A stretch of 64,000 nt of DNA from a bacterium (GTDB lineage: Bacteria > SAR324 > NAC60-12), in assembly GCA_965205865.1 (NCBI GenBank), contig CBDBHR010000026.1, positions 160,001 through 224,000 on the forward strand, given 5' to 3'. This document shows positions 1-9,443 of the stretch, piece after piece. Each line of letters begins with the position of its first letter. The stretch's first letter is position 1. A program made the position numbers and the translations under genes. The notes beneath the pieces were generated by a model. The model was not told where the DNA came from. It was given only the letters and a program-made list of their open reading frames with translations, and did not search any database.

Positions 1-286
1 CGTGCCCTCGCATCCCATCCACATGCTGATGAACACCCAACACAACGCGCTTTCCCCGCCTCAAGGGCATCTCGGGTTCCAGCAGCTGGTCCTCAAGGGA
101 AACCTCCGGATCCCCGGTGCCAGCAGTTATTTCCATCATCTGCATCACCGCTACTTCGAGTGCAACTACGGGGAACCCATGATGCCGCTGGATCATTGGT
201 TCGGGACCTATCACAATGGCTCTCCCGAGGCCCACGAAGCGATCCTGAAGAAGCAAGCCCAGAAAAACATGAGGTACAGTGCCTAG
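1..286 (+). CDS. Sterol desaturase / fatty-acid hydroxylase family protein, C-terminal part (5' end outside window)
   Basis: His-box FHHLHHRYFECNYG followed by LDHWFGT, typical of the family C-terminus. Confidence 0.75.
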   Translation, partial: VPSHPIHMLMNTQHNALSPPQGHLGFQQLVLKGNLRIPGASSYFHHLHHRYFECNYGEPMMPLDHWFGTYHNGSPEAHEAILKKQAQKNMRYSA

Positions 287-338
287 AATGCAATAGCTAA
301 CTGAAATGGATGTTTGACTACGGGCTCCTTTTGTCCGC

Positions 339-1310
339 TTACCAGTTGAAAGGGTTGATCAGTCGGGCCAGGAAGCCTCGTTTGCGTTTCCTCTTTGCAG
401 CGCCATAACTGCCCTGACCGCCCCGCAGCCGTGGATCGAGCAGGTCCCTCACCGCGTCGCCGAACATGTTTAGACTGTAAACGACAATCGTCAGACAAAG
501 CCCCGGCCAGAGCGCCAGCCGGGGCGCCTGCTCCATGTAGCGACGCCCTTCACTGCTGAGCATAGCACCCCAGTCAGGAATCTTGGGTGGCAGACCGAAT
601 CCCAGGAAGCTCAGAGAGGCCGCAGAGATAATCACCCCCCCGATGTTGATGCTGAAGATGATGATGACGGGCGCTACAATATTGGGCAGCACATGTCGTA
701 AGAGGATTTGGCGCGTGGGGGTGCCCACGGCCCGGGCGGCCAGAAAATAATCATTCTCCTTAATGCCGATCACGGCGCCTCGGAGTACTCTTGAGCCGGC
801 GATGCCTCCTGTTACCCCCAGAACCAGTATTATCTGTAACAGACCCTGTCCCACTATGGATATTATGGTCAACAAGAGCAGCAGTCCCGGGAAAGACATC
901 CAGGCATCGACAAATCTCTGCACAGCCAGGTCAAATTTACCACCAAAGAATCCGGCAGTGCCGCCTATCAGGACGGCGACGACAACATTAAGACTGGTCG
1001 CGGTCAGACCGACAAGTAACGAAAGACGAGCCCCGTAGATCAGGCGGCTCAAGAGGTCTCGCCCCAACTGGTCGGTACCCAGCAGATACCGGGCTGATGG
1101 GGCTTTCAGTATGTCTGCCAGGTGTACTTCATCATATGAATAAGGAGCCAGAACATCGGCGAAGATAGCCACCAGAATCAATATCAATAGGATAATCCCG
1201 CAGGCAGCACCCAGTGGCTTCTCCTTGACCAGCCTGATAAAGAAATCGGCCAGCCCGGCACGTCTTTTTGGCTCACTTACTGGTGACGGTATCCCCATGG
1301 CTTCACTCAT
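339..1310 (-). CDS. dppC: Opp/Dpp-family ABC transporter permease (DppC/OppC type)
   Basis: LLGTDQLGRDLLSRLIYGAR, EAA-like loop DYFLAARAVG...RHVLPN, NMFGDAVRDLLDPR. Confidence 0.92.
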   Translation of the reverse strand: MSEAMGIPSPVSEPKRRAGLADFFIRLVKEKPLGAACGIILLILILVAIFADVLAPYSYDEVHLADILKAPSARYLLGTDQLGRDLLSRLIYGARLSLLVGLTATSLNVVVAVLIGGTAGFFGGKFDLAVQRFVDAWMSFPGLLLLLTIISIVGQGLLQIILVLGVTGGIAGSRVLRGAVIGIKENDYFLAARAVGTPTRQILLRHVLPNIVAPVIIIFSINIGGVIISAASLSFLGFGLPPKIPDWGAMLSSEGRRYMEQAPRLALWPGLCLTIVVYSLNMFGDAVRDLLDPRLRGGQGSYGAAKRKRKRGFLARLINPFNW

Positions 1311-1326
1311 ATTCTCGATTTCCCCT

Positions 1327-2322
1327 TTATCTATAACGGACCCTGGGGTCTAAATAAGGATAAATTAGGTCGATAATTAGATTGATCCCCATAACTGCGG
1401 TGGCGAAAACCAGGTTTATTCCGGAGACCACCGGGTAGTCTCTGTCAACGAGGGCAGTCACCATGAGACGACCTAGCCCCGGCAGGTTAAATATGTTCTC
1501 TATGATAACGGCGCCGCCTATCAGGATAGGCAACTGCAGGCCGATCAGGGTAACTACCGGGATGAATGCATTCTTGATGGCGTGTCTCATAACAACGACC
1601 CTCTCCTTGAGACCCTTGGACCAGGCCGTCCGGATATAGTCTTGCCTGAGTACCTCCAGCATCATGGTGCGCATCATCCGCATGGTGGCTGCAGTAAGAG
1701 CTGTCCCCAGAATCAGGCTGGGAATGAGGAACACCCCGAGATTCCCCAGCGGGTCTTCCGTGAAAGAAATCAGCACCACCGGCGGCGCCCAGCCCCACCA
1801 GATTGCCGGGTATATCATGACCATAATTCCCAGCCAGAAGTTAGGCGTGGCCAGGCCGATGACGGCGATGGAGCGCCCCGCGTAGTCGGCGGCCGTATCC
1901 TGGCGAATCGCCGAGTAGATGCCGACCGGCAGGGCGATCACTAGCCCGATTACGATTGCCAGGAGGCCAAGCTCAATGGTTACTGGCAATCTACCTATTA
2001 TCTTATCCTCTACCGTCCAGCCGGCAAGCAGTGAGTTGCCAAGGGTGCCCTGGAGGAGACCGTTAAAGTGGGACTCACCGGTAACCCAGTCAGGGGTCCG
2101 CAACACTCCTAGCCAGCGTCCATACTGCACGTAGACAGGCACGTCTAATCCCAGCATACGCTCAAGAGCTTCACGGTCAACCTCACCAAAGAATTCGTGC
2201 TTAGCCACCATTGTGTCTATTACATCGCCGGGGATGAAGCGGACCGAGAGAAAGATCAGGATGGTCAAGATAAACAGGGTGGGGATTATCAGCAATAACC
2301 GCCTGATGATATAGGCTTTCAT
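1327..2322 (-). CDS. dppB: Opp/Dpp-family ABC transporter permease (DppB/OppB type)
   Basis: YIIRRLL start, [30 protein letters not shown] end. Confidence 0.92.
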   Translation of the reverse strand: MKAYIIRRLLLIIPTLFILTILIFLSVRFIPGDVIDTMVAKHEFFGEVDREALERMLGLDVPVYVQYGRWLGVLRTPDWVTGESHFNGLLQGTLGNSLLAGWTVEDKIIGRLPVTIELGLLAIVIGLVIALPVGIYSAIRQDTAADYAGRSIAVIGLATPNFWLGIMVMIYPAIWWGWAPPVVLISFTEDPLGNLGVFLIPSLILGTALTAATMRMMRTMMLEVLRQDYIRTAWSKGLKERVVVMRHAIKNAFIPVVTLIGLQLPILIGGAVIIENIFNLPGLGRLMVTALVDRDYPVVSGINLVFATAVMGINLIIDLIYPYLDPRVRYR

Positions 2323-2327
2323 AAACC

Positions 2328-4130
2328 CTAATGCCCCATTTCTTTCTTCAGCTCACTATCAATCCAGAGGCGGGCGAACAGGGCCTTACGGTCATCCCGT
2401 CCTAACATTAATTCACCGTTATAGCCTATGAGCCACGGCTGGATGGCGATAAACCTTGGATCTATAGGACCCCATACATACAGGTGGTTCTTTATAAGCC
2501 ACATATCTGTCTCTTTAACCGCCTTCTGCTGCTCCTCAAGGGTGGTAGCGTCTCGGGCGGCTTCATACAGGAGGTCGTATTCGGGATCGTTGAGGTTCGA
2601 GGGGTTCCTGTAGCCTCCTGAGTAATACCATTCAAGCGGGAGGAGAGGGCCATAAGGGTCGTTGCCAGCAATCGAAGTGACCATATCTCCGTAAGTATGT
2701 TCACGTTCAGCAGCCAGATGAGTACTTCGGTCCCTTACGGTAATGTCTACATCAACGCCAATGTCAGCCCAGTAGGCGGCAGCTAATTGTGTATAGTCTA
2801 AAAGGAAGAACTCGTAGTGTCCCAGGGCGACCTTAAATCTCGTGCCGTCCGGGCCACGCGGATATCCAGCCTCATCAAGCAACGCTGCTGCCCCTTCCGG
2901 GTCATACATATAGGTTTTCTTGACCTCTTCGGGCCACTCTTCAAATGGGGTGTTATACCCTTTGACGCCATCCCCTATTATGCCCTGAGGTTTCCACTTG
3001 GCAAAACCCTTAAAGAAGGTATTGTTAATCGTCTCAAGGTCCAGTGCCATCTGCATTGCCTGGCGCACCCTGACGTCGGTAAAGGGCGGCCTCTCCTCGC
3101 CTCCGCCCATGTTAAAACCAAAAGCACTTTCCGACCGATACGCCCATGGGTACCATTCGATTTCGGGGTTGGTCCGGCTGAGGCTCTCTCTGTCCTTGAT
3201 ATAGAGCGATTCAGCGGCGCCAGCGAGACCTACGTAATCAAACTTACCCGTGCGCAGTGTCGCCAGAATTGTTGCGTCTTCTGTCATAATCAGGCCCCTT
3301 AACTGGTCAATATAGGGGAGGCGGTTCTCCGGATATTTTTCGTCGAAGCCCCAGTAGTCAGGATTCTTTTCCCAGGTCATAGAGCTGCCGTCGACCCAGT
3401 CAGTCAGCATATAGGGCCCGGTGCCGACCAGGTTCCTCCAATCCTTAACGTGGCCGTGTTCCTTGATTACCTCAGGGGGCATCATAAAAACAGGCCAGTC
3501 GCCGATGGTAGTCTGAGTCACCGACCCCCCGACCTGTGGCTGCTTCAGCTTAACAACAACCGTCCATTTGTCGGTGGCTTCTACCGATTCGAATATTGTC
3601 ATTTTGGCGAGTGAGCCAGCATAGCCTGCAGGCGGTTCGGTGAAGCCGCTGCCCAGACCCAAATAGCGGTGATAGTTGTATTCGACATCATAGGCATCAA
3701 ATTCTCGACTGTTCATTGGTGCCTTATTATGCCAGTGAACGCCCTGGCGGATGTGGAAGACTATCGTTGTGGCGTCGGGCATTTCCCAGCTTTCCGCCAG
3801 GTGACCTTTATAGACAGAGAAAGGGAAGGAGAAACCTGTGAAGTCCCATTCGCCCCTATCTATTCCCCAGTTCATGATGCCTAGCTTCTCTGCAACACCA
3901 TCGGCGCCCCTTGACGACCCAGCGCCGAAGGCGGGGTCAGCACTCGGAGGCTCAATCTTCATGACGAAGGTCAGTGTCCCGCCATACTCCGGCGCGCTCA
4001 CCATCTTGCCGGTGGATGGATCTTTGACCATTTCGGCTGCCCAGACCTGGCCAGCCATGAAGACGCTTGCTCCCAGGATGAGAGCCAGCAGGGTTGTGCT
4101 CAAGGTTGAGCTGCTTTTTTGATTAAACAT
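2328..4130 (-). CDS. ABC transporter family-5 substrate-binding protein (frame stays open upstream to 4337)
   Basis: Signal peptide MFNQKSSSTLSTTLLALILGASVFMAGQVWAA, PEYGGTL, HLAESWE, GTGPYML, PFTDVRVRQA. Confidence 0.9.
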   Translation of the reverse strand: MFNQKSSSTLSTTLLALILGASVFMAGQVWAAEMVKDPSTGKMVSAPEYGGTLTFVMKIEPPSADPAFGAGSSRGADGVAEKLGIMNWGIDRGEWDFTGFSFPFSVYKGHLAESWEMPDATTIVFHIRQGVHWHNKAPMNSREFDAYDVEYNYHRYLGLGSGFTEPPAGYAGSLAKMTIFESVEATDKWTVVVKLKQPQVGGSVTQTTIGDWPVFMMPPEVIKEHGHVKDWRNLVGTGPYMLTDWVDGSSMTWEKNPDYWGFDEKYPENRLPYIDQLRGLIMTEDATILATLRTGKFDYVGLAGAAESLYIKDRESLSRTNPEIEWYPWAYRSESAFGFNMGGGEERPPFTDVRVRQAMQMALDLETINNTFFKGFAKWKPQGIIGDGVKGYNTPFEEWPEEVKKTYMYDPEGAAALLDEAGYPRGPDGTRFKVALGHYEFFLLDYTQLAAAYWADIGVDVDITVRDRSTHLAAEREHTYGDMVTSIAGNDPYGPLLPLEWYYSGGYRNPSNLNDPEYDLLYEAARDATTLEEQQKAVKETDMWLIKNHLYVWGPIDPRFIAIQPWLIGYNGELMLGRDDRKALFARLWIDSELKKEMGH

Positions 4131-5277
4131 ACGAGATTCTCGTTTTGGATGTTTAAAAATATTAAGGATTGATTTGAAACCTGCTTCCATTCCCGAAAGC
4201 ACGTTCTCGACGAGTCCTCTACTTTTTTGACGGTTCATGGTGCTCCTTTCTGCTTTTTGATTAAAAACAAGATTGCGGGTTGCTTTGAAAACTGCTTTCA
4301 TTACCGAAAGTACGTTATCGACGATTTCTCTACACATTGGGTCTCCTTCATTTTGGAGTGATCAAAAAACCGATTCATTGGCTCCAGGATTGGGCAATGA
4401 ACCATAAACCGACGCACTCAGGCGTCAATGATTTTCCAAATTCCCCATTGCCCTTTCGTTCCTGGAATTTGGAACGTGGGACTTGGAACTTGGAACAAGG
4501 ACTTAAGGATCTCTCCCTGATGTCGAGATAATATAAGGGGGTAGAACTTGGGATTGGTGACTTGTTGCTTGGAACTAATTACTGGGAACTGGGAACTGGG
4601 AACTGGGCGTTTAAGCTTACTCTCATATCCAAAGCTTACTCTCATATCCACCTCATTATCAAGATTTTTTATACTTGAAACGGGTTAATTTCAGACTTTC
4701 ATGTCATCCTGACGGTTCGCCGAGCAGCAAAGTGAAGGATCGCGTTATTGCCCTTCTATTCCTGGAATAAAATATTGTATAATCGCTCTGCAAATGTATC
4801 AAGATTTTTTTAAATATGGCGACTCATTCATTCATGAGTGTATTCTTATGATCAACGAAAATACTTTTTCATATAGAGATACAGAAGTCAACATTTTTGA
4901 CACTTTTCAATTCCCAGTTGACCGTTTTTATACTGTGAACGGATGATTTCTTCATTTTTTGTCATCCTGAGGGAACCGAAGAATCTTCTTGATTCCCATG
5001 AGATTCTTGCTTAGGCAGCCCCCTTAGCTCGGAATGACAGTTCTTTTGAAAAGTGAAATTTAAACCCGTTTAGAGTATAACAATCTTCTGGGGATGATAT
5101 GAGGTTCGACATGACTTTCGGCTAAATAAGTAGCGAAATTGAAATAAAACCTTCAGCCCAAGGCGATTTCTTGAAAACTATCACAAAAGAAACCGAAAGT
5201 CCAGCAGAATTTCTTAAAAACCTTCAACCCAGGGCATTTTTGTTGAAAATTATCACAAAAGCAAACGAAAGACCAGC
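4131..5277 (-). repeat. Conserved SBP upstream module, copy 1 (promoter motifs, CCAGTTC x3, two leader repeats)
   Basis: Reverse complement aligns along its length with 50580-51525 and ~55500-56331. Confidence 0.85.
4929..5079. mobile_element. MITE inserted in leader copy 1
   Basis: Imperfect terminal IRs TATACTGTGAACGG ... CCGTTTAGAGTATA; internal GTCATCCTGAG...GGAATGAC palindrome; absent at the equivalent site in copies 2 and 3. Confidence 0.7.
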
Positions 5278-5350
5278 TTAATAGAGTGCTAATAATTTGT
5301 CAACCATATTTTTTTCAATCGCTGGGAACCGATTATTAGCACTCTATTAA
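5278..5350. repeat. Perfect 19-bp inverted repeat, mini-MITE-like; overlaps a CIRCE-like motif at 5336-5362
   Basis: TTAATAGAGTGCTAATAAT (5278-5296) / ATTATTAGCACTCTATTAA (5332-5350). Confidence 0.7.
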
Positions 5351-5555
5351 AATGAGTGCTACCATTAAACAATAATTGATCAAGCCCGCATGAAAGCGGT
5401 CCGATGAATCCCCAGAAATGGACAGAAAAGGCCTGAGAGGCGGTAGAACGAGCCGATGCATTGGCAATCGGCAGGAATCCTACCGCAATGCTTTCGTTGC
5501 CTCTTCTCTGGGCATTAATGGAACTAAAGGGTGGCTTAATTCCCCAGATTTTCTC

Positions 5556-5810
5556 ATGAGCACAACAACTGTCATTAATCCAGAGGCATTGTCGCTTCTT
5601 CGTGAAGGGTGGAGATTATTAGTTGACCAATTAGGGATTCAGAAGGCCACCCGGTTCGTCATGTTACTTGAACGTGGACAAGGAGATTCCGTCAAGGAAA
5701 TTGCCGAATATTGGGGTAATATGAGTATTGAAGAAATTCATCAACAGGTGATGAATTGGAAGAGCCAACGCTCAGAAGAAACCTTGTCTCGTGGAGCGAA
5801 AACCTGCTAA
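5556..5810 (+). CDS. Small hypothetical protein, possibly antitoxin-like; its stop codon lies in an attC R'' box
   Basis: 84-aa ORF (LVDQLGIQKATRFVMLLERGQGD) resembling small partners of PIN toxins; ends TGC TAA. Confidence 0.55.
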   Translation: MSTTTVINPEALSLLREGWRLLVDQLGIQKATRFVMLLERGQGDSVKEIAEYWGNMSIEEIHQQVMNWKSQRSEETLSRGAKTC

Positions 5811-7759
5811 TCGGGATAGGAAGGGGGTTTTCTCCCCTCCCTCCCACAGCACCACTCATACGGGTCCGTAAGTGGCGCCTCGCCTACTATCAGGTAGAGG
5901 TATCTAAACGATACCAAGTGTCTACCGCGCCTTGGCGGGGTAATGAATCTTAATCCATAGATCACGCAAAGAAACCATTCCCTGTTTAGCAAGAAAGTCA
6001 TCTGATAAGCCCCAGTTGGTTGCTTGCGTCCGAGAGAGTCGCCAGTATCCTTTTCGGCTGAGGCCAATACTAATGGACAGCTTTACAGGAACTTCCAGCT
6101 TGATCAACTCTCGAATTTTCGTACGAGGTTTCCTCCATTGTTTGATGTAGGCCATACGAAGCCGTCTTCGAAGCCATCCTTCCATCTCCACGATAGTATT
6201 GTACAACATACCGCATCCATAGTGCCCCATCCAACCCCTGGCATATTCTGCCAGACGTTGAAAGCGGCCCTCCATGGCAATCCCCGAGCAACGACGTGAG
6301 ATTTTACGAAGTTCAGATTTGAACTTTCCTATCTTTGGGTCGATGCTTCGGAGCTTCTTTCGATGGATTTGGAATCCGAGAACGGAACCCCCTTTGACTT
6401 TGCAGATGCTACTCTTCCGAGTGTTGACCTTTACCTTGAGAGTCTCCTCCAGATATCGGCTCGTACTCATCATGACTCGCTTGGCCGCTCGTACTGATTT
6501 GACAAAAATTGCCAAATCATCTGCATAGCGGACAAACTTAAGCCCTCGCTTTTCCAGCTCCTTATCAAGATCATCCAACAAGATATTACTCAATATTGGA
6601 GAGACCGGAGATCCCTGTGGAACCCCTTTTCTTGTAGCGTTCAGTCTTCCGTCTACCATGACACCTGCCCGTAGGAAGGTTCCAATCAAACGGAGAATCC
6701 CTTTGTCCTTTATCTGAAGAGAAACACGGTTCATCAATATGTCATGATTGACCGTATCGAAAAACTTTTCCAGATCCGGATTGATCTGGTATCCGTACCC
6801 CTTCTGATAGTAACATTGGGCTTGACGTGCGGCATCCTGTACCGATCGCCCTGGCCGAAAGCCGAAGCTGGATTCAGAAAATAAAGGTTCAAACACCGAT
6901 GTCAACACCCAAGCGATTGCCTGCATAATGACTCGTTCCATTACAGCTGGAATACCAAGCTTTCGCACACCGTCTCCTGAGTCCTTTGGAATTTCAACTC
7001 GCAGAACTGGACGAGGTTTAAATTCCCCCTTCAGCAATTGCTCTTTGAAACCTTCCCATCTGTGTTTTACCCATTTTGGATACCTTTCAATCGATATATT
7101 GTCGATTCCCGGTTTTCCTTTATTGGATCTTACCTTTTTCCATGCGCGAATCATGCTCTCTCGTGAGACAACATACTCCACGGATGTTTGATTGACAGAC
7201 GGTTCTTCTGCGACGTGCCCATTTCCAACTCCTCGGTTCGAGGATAATTGAGAAACAGAACTCACAAATACCTCCCTGTCCACACTGCGCTCAGGCCTTC
7301 TAACTCATAAATGAGATTTTCACGCCCTCGGCTGACTTCTGCATCATCACCTTCGATGTTACCACCAAAGGCGCTGAATTCCATTGAAACCAAGAGGAGT
7401 GTGTCCCGTTTTCCACGGTCTTCTAGTCTCTTGGTTCCCCCGGCATTCCGCATGTAAAGCAGATCTCCCCGGGTAAGAGCATGAACTTTCCCTACACAAT
7501 CGCAGCATTTACCATCCTCCTTAATCCGAGTGGACATCGCAATGTTGTGCTTGCTCGCCCCGAAGTTCAGCCTTATATGCTGTTTCTGTCCGTCGACTCG
7601 TAGGTTTGCGCTTAGGCTTCCTCCGCACGGCTCGTCACCTCCCCGCACTTGCCCTCGGCTAGTACTTTTTAAAGTTGTAATCATAAGCTGACTAGTATAC
7701 TTTTCGGATAATGTACAGGGAACTCACACCCCATAAGTTCATGCCCATACCGGGCACAC
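5810..7759 (-). mobile_element. Group IIC intron of the attC-targeting type, apparently complete
   Basis: 5' end GTGTGCCCGG at 7759; short domain V with CGC triad (GAGGCGCCACTTACGGACCCGTATGAGTGGTGC); 3' end CCTATCCCGAT at 5810; exon junction TTGT|TAGC. Confidence 0.88.
5922..7283 (-). CDS. ltrA: Group II intron reverse transcriptase/maturase, no endonuclease domain (start uncertain)
   Basis: VRKLGIP, FGFRPGRS, DLEKFFD, GVPQGSPVSP, RYADD, maturase X domain. Confidence 0.93.
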   Translation of the reverse strand: MDREVFVSSVSQLSSNRGVGNGHVAEEPSVNQTSVEYVVSRESMIRAWKKVRSNKGKPGIDNISIERYPKWVKHRWEGFKEQLLKGEFKPRPVLRVEIPKDSGDGVRKLGIPAVMERVIMQAIAWVLTSVFEPLFSESSFGFRPGRSVQDAARQAQCYYQKGYGYQINPDLEKFFDTVNHDILMNRVSLQIKDKGILRLIGTFLRAGVMVDGRLNATRKGVPQGSPVSPILSNILLDDLDKELEKRGLKFVRYADDLAIFVKSVRAAKRVMMSTSRYLEETLKVKVNTRKSSICKVKGGSVLGFQIHRKKLRSIDPKIGKFKSELRKISRRCSGIAMEGRFQRLAEYARGWMGHYGCGMLYNTIVEMEGWLRRRLRMAYIKQWRKPRTKIRELIKLEVPVKLSISIGLSRKGYWRLSRTQATNWGLSDDFLAKQGMVSLRDLWIKIHYPAKAR

Positions 7760-7882
7760 ACAAGCCGCATGCAGCAGTCGTCCACTACTCACTTTGACTC
7801 CGTGGATTGAGTAAAGTTTTACCGTCATCGTCGCAGTGTTTTGTTTGTGGACGCTGCTGATGACTTAATTGTTGTTGTTCGC
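7760..7882 (+). other. attC-like site split by the intron (first bases TGCTA at 5805-5809)
   Basis: Reconstituted TGCTAACAAGCCGCATGCAGCAGTCGTCCAC...GTGGACGCTGCTGATG...GTT; R' box degenerate. Confidence 0.65.
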
Positions 7883-7969
7883 ATCGCCAAGAATCAAGGT
7901 CACACTTGCGAAATTTCAACATTGAGTCTATATTAGCAACAATGGTAGATATCATAAATAGGCACGAAA

Positions 7970-8191
7970 GTGACTGACCATCCGAACAAGCATATCCGCG
8001 AAGCACTTCGATACGCAAAACAGCACGGCTGGATTGTGAAGAAATCTGGTCCACGCGCCCATGCTTGGGGCGTGATTTACTGCAGATTCGGGCACCGAGA
8101 ATGCTGGATGGCCGTCTACTCCACACCTAAGAACCTGGAGAACCATGGTCGCGATATCCGCGGAACAGTCGACCGGTGCCGAGGCACGTAA
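7970..8191 (+). CDS. HicA-like small toxin
   Basis: 73 aa basic protein: HPNKHIREAL...GW...SG..AHAWG...YSTPKN. Confidence 0.6.
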   Translation: MTDHPNKHIREALRYAKQHGWIVKKSGPRAHAWGVIYCRFGHRECWMAVYSTPKNLENHGRDIRGTVDRCRGT

Positions 8192-8206
8192 TTGGAGACT
8201 TCAAAA

Positions 8207-8464
8207 ATGACTGAGTACCACTTCAGTGTAATCGTGAAAGTATCCGAGATGACCCATGAGGAAATTCTCGACGTCGCAGACAGGTTCGGTAACGCAGGTT
8301 GTACTGATGCGTCTATTCGGGGACACCGAGATGGCGTTGAATTGCTTTTCAGTCGTCTATCTGATTCTTTGCAGTCGGCTATAATTTCGGCGATTACCGA
8401 TATCGAGAGAGTCGGCTATCGCGTTTCACACATCGAGATGGTGCGTGAGGCCGTCTGCGCTTAA
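8207..8464 (+). CDS. HicB-like acidic partner / antitoxin candidate, no C-terminal HTH
   Basis: GGAG RBS; GCTDAS...LLFSR...SLQSAIISAITDIE; directly downstream of the HicA-like gene. Confidence 0.55.
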   Translation: MTEYHFSVIVKVSEMTHEEILDVADRFGNAGCTDASIRGHRDGVELLFSRLSDSLQSAIISAITDIERVGYRVSHIEMVREAVCA

Positions 8465-8507
8465 ACCGTTTGCAGCATCGGGTAGGCAGCGGTTTTTTGA
8501 CCCCTTT

Positions 8508-9443
8508 CTACCAATTGAAAGGGGAGAGGAGCCGGGCCAGGAGACCTCGTTTGCGTTTCCGCTTCGTGGCACCGTAACTGCCCTGGCCCCCTTTTAATCG
8601 GGGATCCAGCAGGTCCCTGAGGGCATCACCGAACATGTTGAGGCTGTAGAGGGTAATCGTCAGGCAAAGCCCCGGCCAGAGCGCCAGCTGTGGGGCTAAT
8701 TCCATGTACTGACGCCCTTCTCGGCTGAACATCCCGCCCCAGCTGGGCACCTTGATGGGTAGACCAAATCCGAGGAAGCTCAGCGAAGCCTCCGCCATAA
8801 TCACCGCCCCGATGTTGATGGAGAAGATGATGATGACGGGCGCCATAATATTGGGCAGGACATGGCGGACCAGGATTTGGCTTGTGGGGGTGCCCATGGC
8901 CCTGGCGGCCAGAAAATAGTCATTCTCTTTAATACCGATCACAGCGCCTCTAACGACTCGGGAGGCGCCGATGCCTCCGGTGACCCCCAAGACCACAATG
9001 ATCTGGGGCAAACCCCGCCCCACGATGGACATGATGGTCAGAAGGAGCAGCAGTCCCGGGAAGGCCATCCAGGCGTCGATAAAGCGCTGCACCACCAGGT
9101 CCACTTTTCCCCCAAGGAATCCTGAGATGCCGCCGATCAGGACAGCGACCACAAGATTCAGAGTGGTCGCGGACAGACCGACCAGCATGGAAATGCGCGC
9201 CCCGACGATCAGGCGGCTTAATAAGTCTCGCCCTATCTGGTCGGTCCCCAGCAGATACCTGGCTGACGCGCCCTGCAGCCGGTCTCTCAGGTGCATTTCC
9301 GTATAGCGATAGGGAGCCAGAACATCGGCGAAGATCGCCACCAGAATCAAGAGCACTATGATAATCCCACAGGCAATACCCAGCGGCTTCTCCTTGAGAA
9401 GCCTGATGAAGAAATCCGCAAACCTGCCCCGCGCATTATTCAT
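8508..9443 (-). CDS. dppC: ABC permease DppC/OppC type (paralog 2)
   Basis: Same motifs as 339-1310; ATG overlaps the dppB stop. Confidence 0.9.
   Translation of the reverse strand: MNNARGRFADFFIRLLKEKPLGIACGIIIVLLILVAIFADVLAPYRYTEMHLRDRLQGASARYLLGTDQIGRDLLSRLIVGARISMLVGLSATTLNLVVAVLIGGISGFLGGKVDLVVQRFIDAWMAFPGLLLLLTIMSIVGRGLPQIIVVLGVTGGIGASRVVRGAVIGIKENDYFLAARAMGTPTSQILVRHVLPNIMAPVIIIFSINIGAVIMAEASLSFLGFGLPIKVPSWGGMFSREGRQYMELAPQLALWPGLCLTITLYSLNMFGDALRDLLDPRLKGGQGSYGATKRKRKRGLLARLLSPFNW

Noticed and set aside
5380-5520. Hairpin-rich stretch (GCGGTAG...CTACCGC) as an ncRNA
   Set aside because: Single copy with no recognisable family; not enough evidence.
5922-7283. RT as retron, DGR or defence RT
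   Set aside because: It is flanked by canonical group II intron ends and domains V-VI and has a maturase domain; no template/variable repeat pair was seen.
7262-7684. 140-aa ORF upstream of the RT
   Set aside because: Lies within the intron ribozyme domains; not a credible protein.
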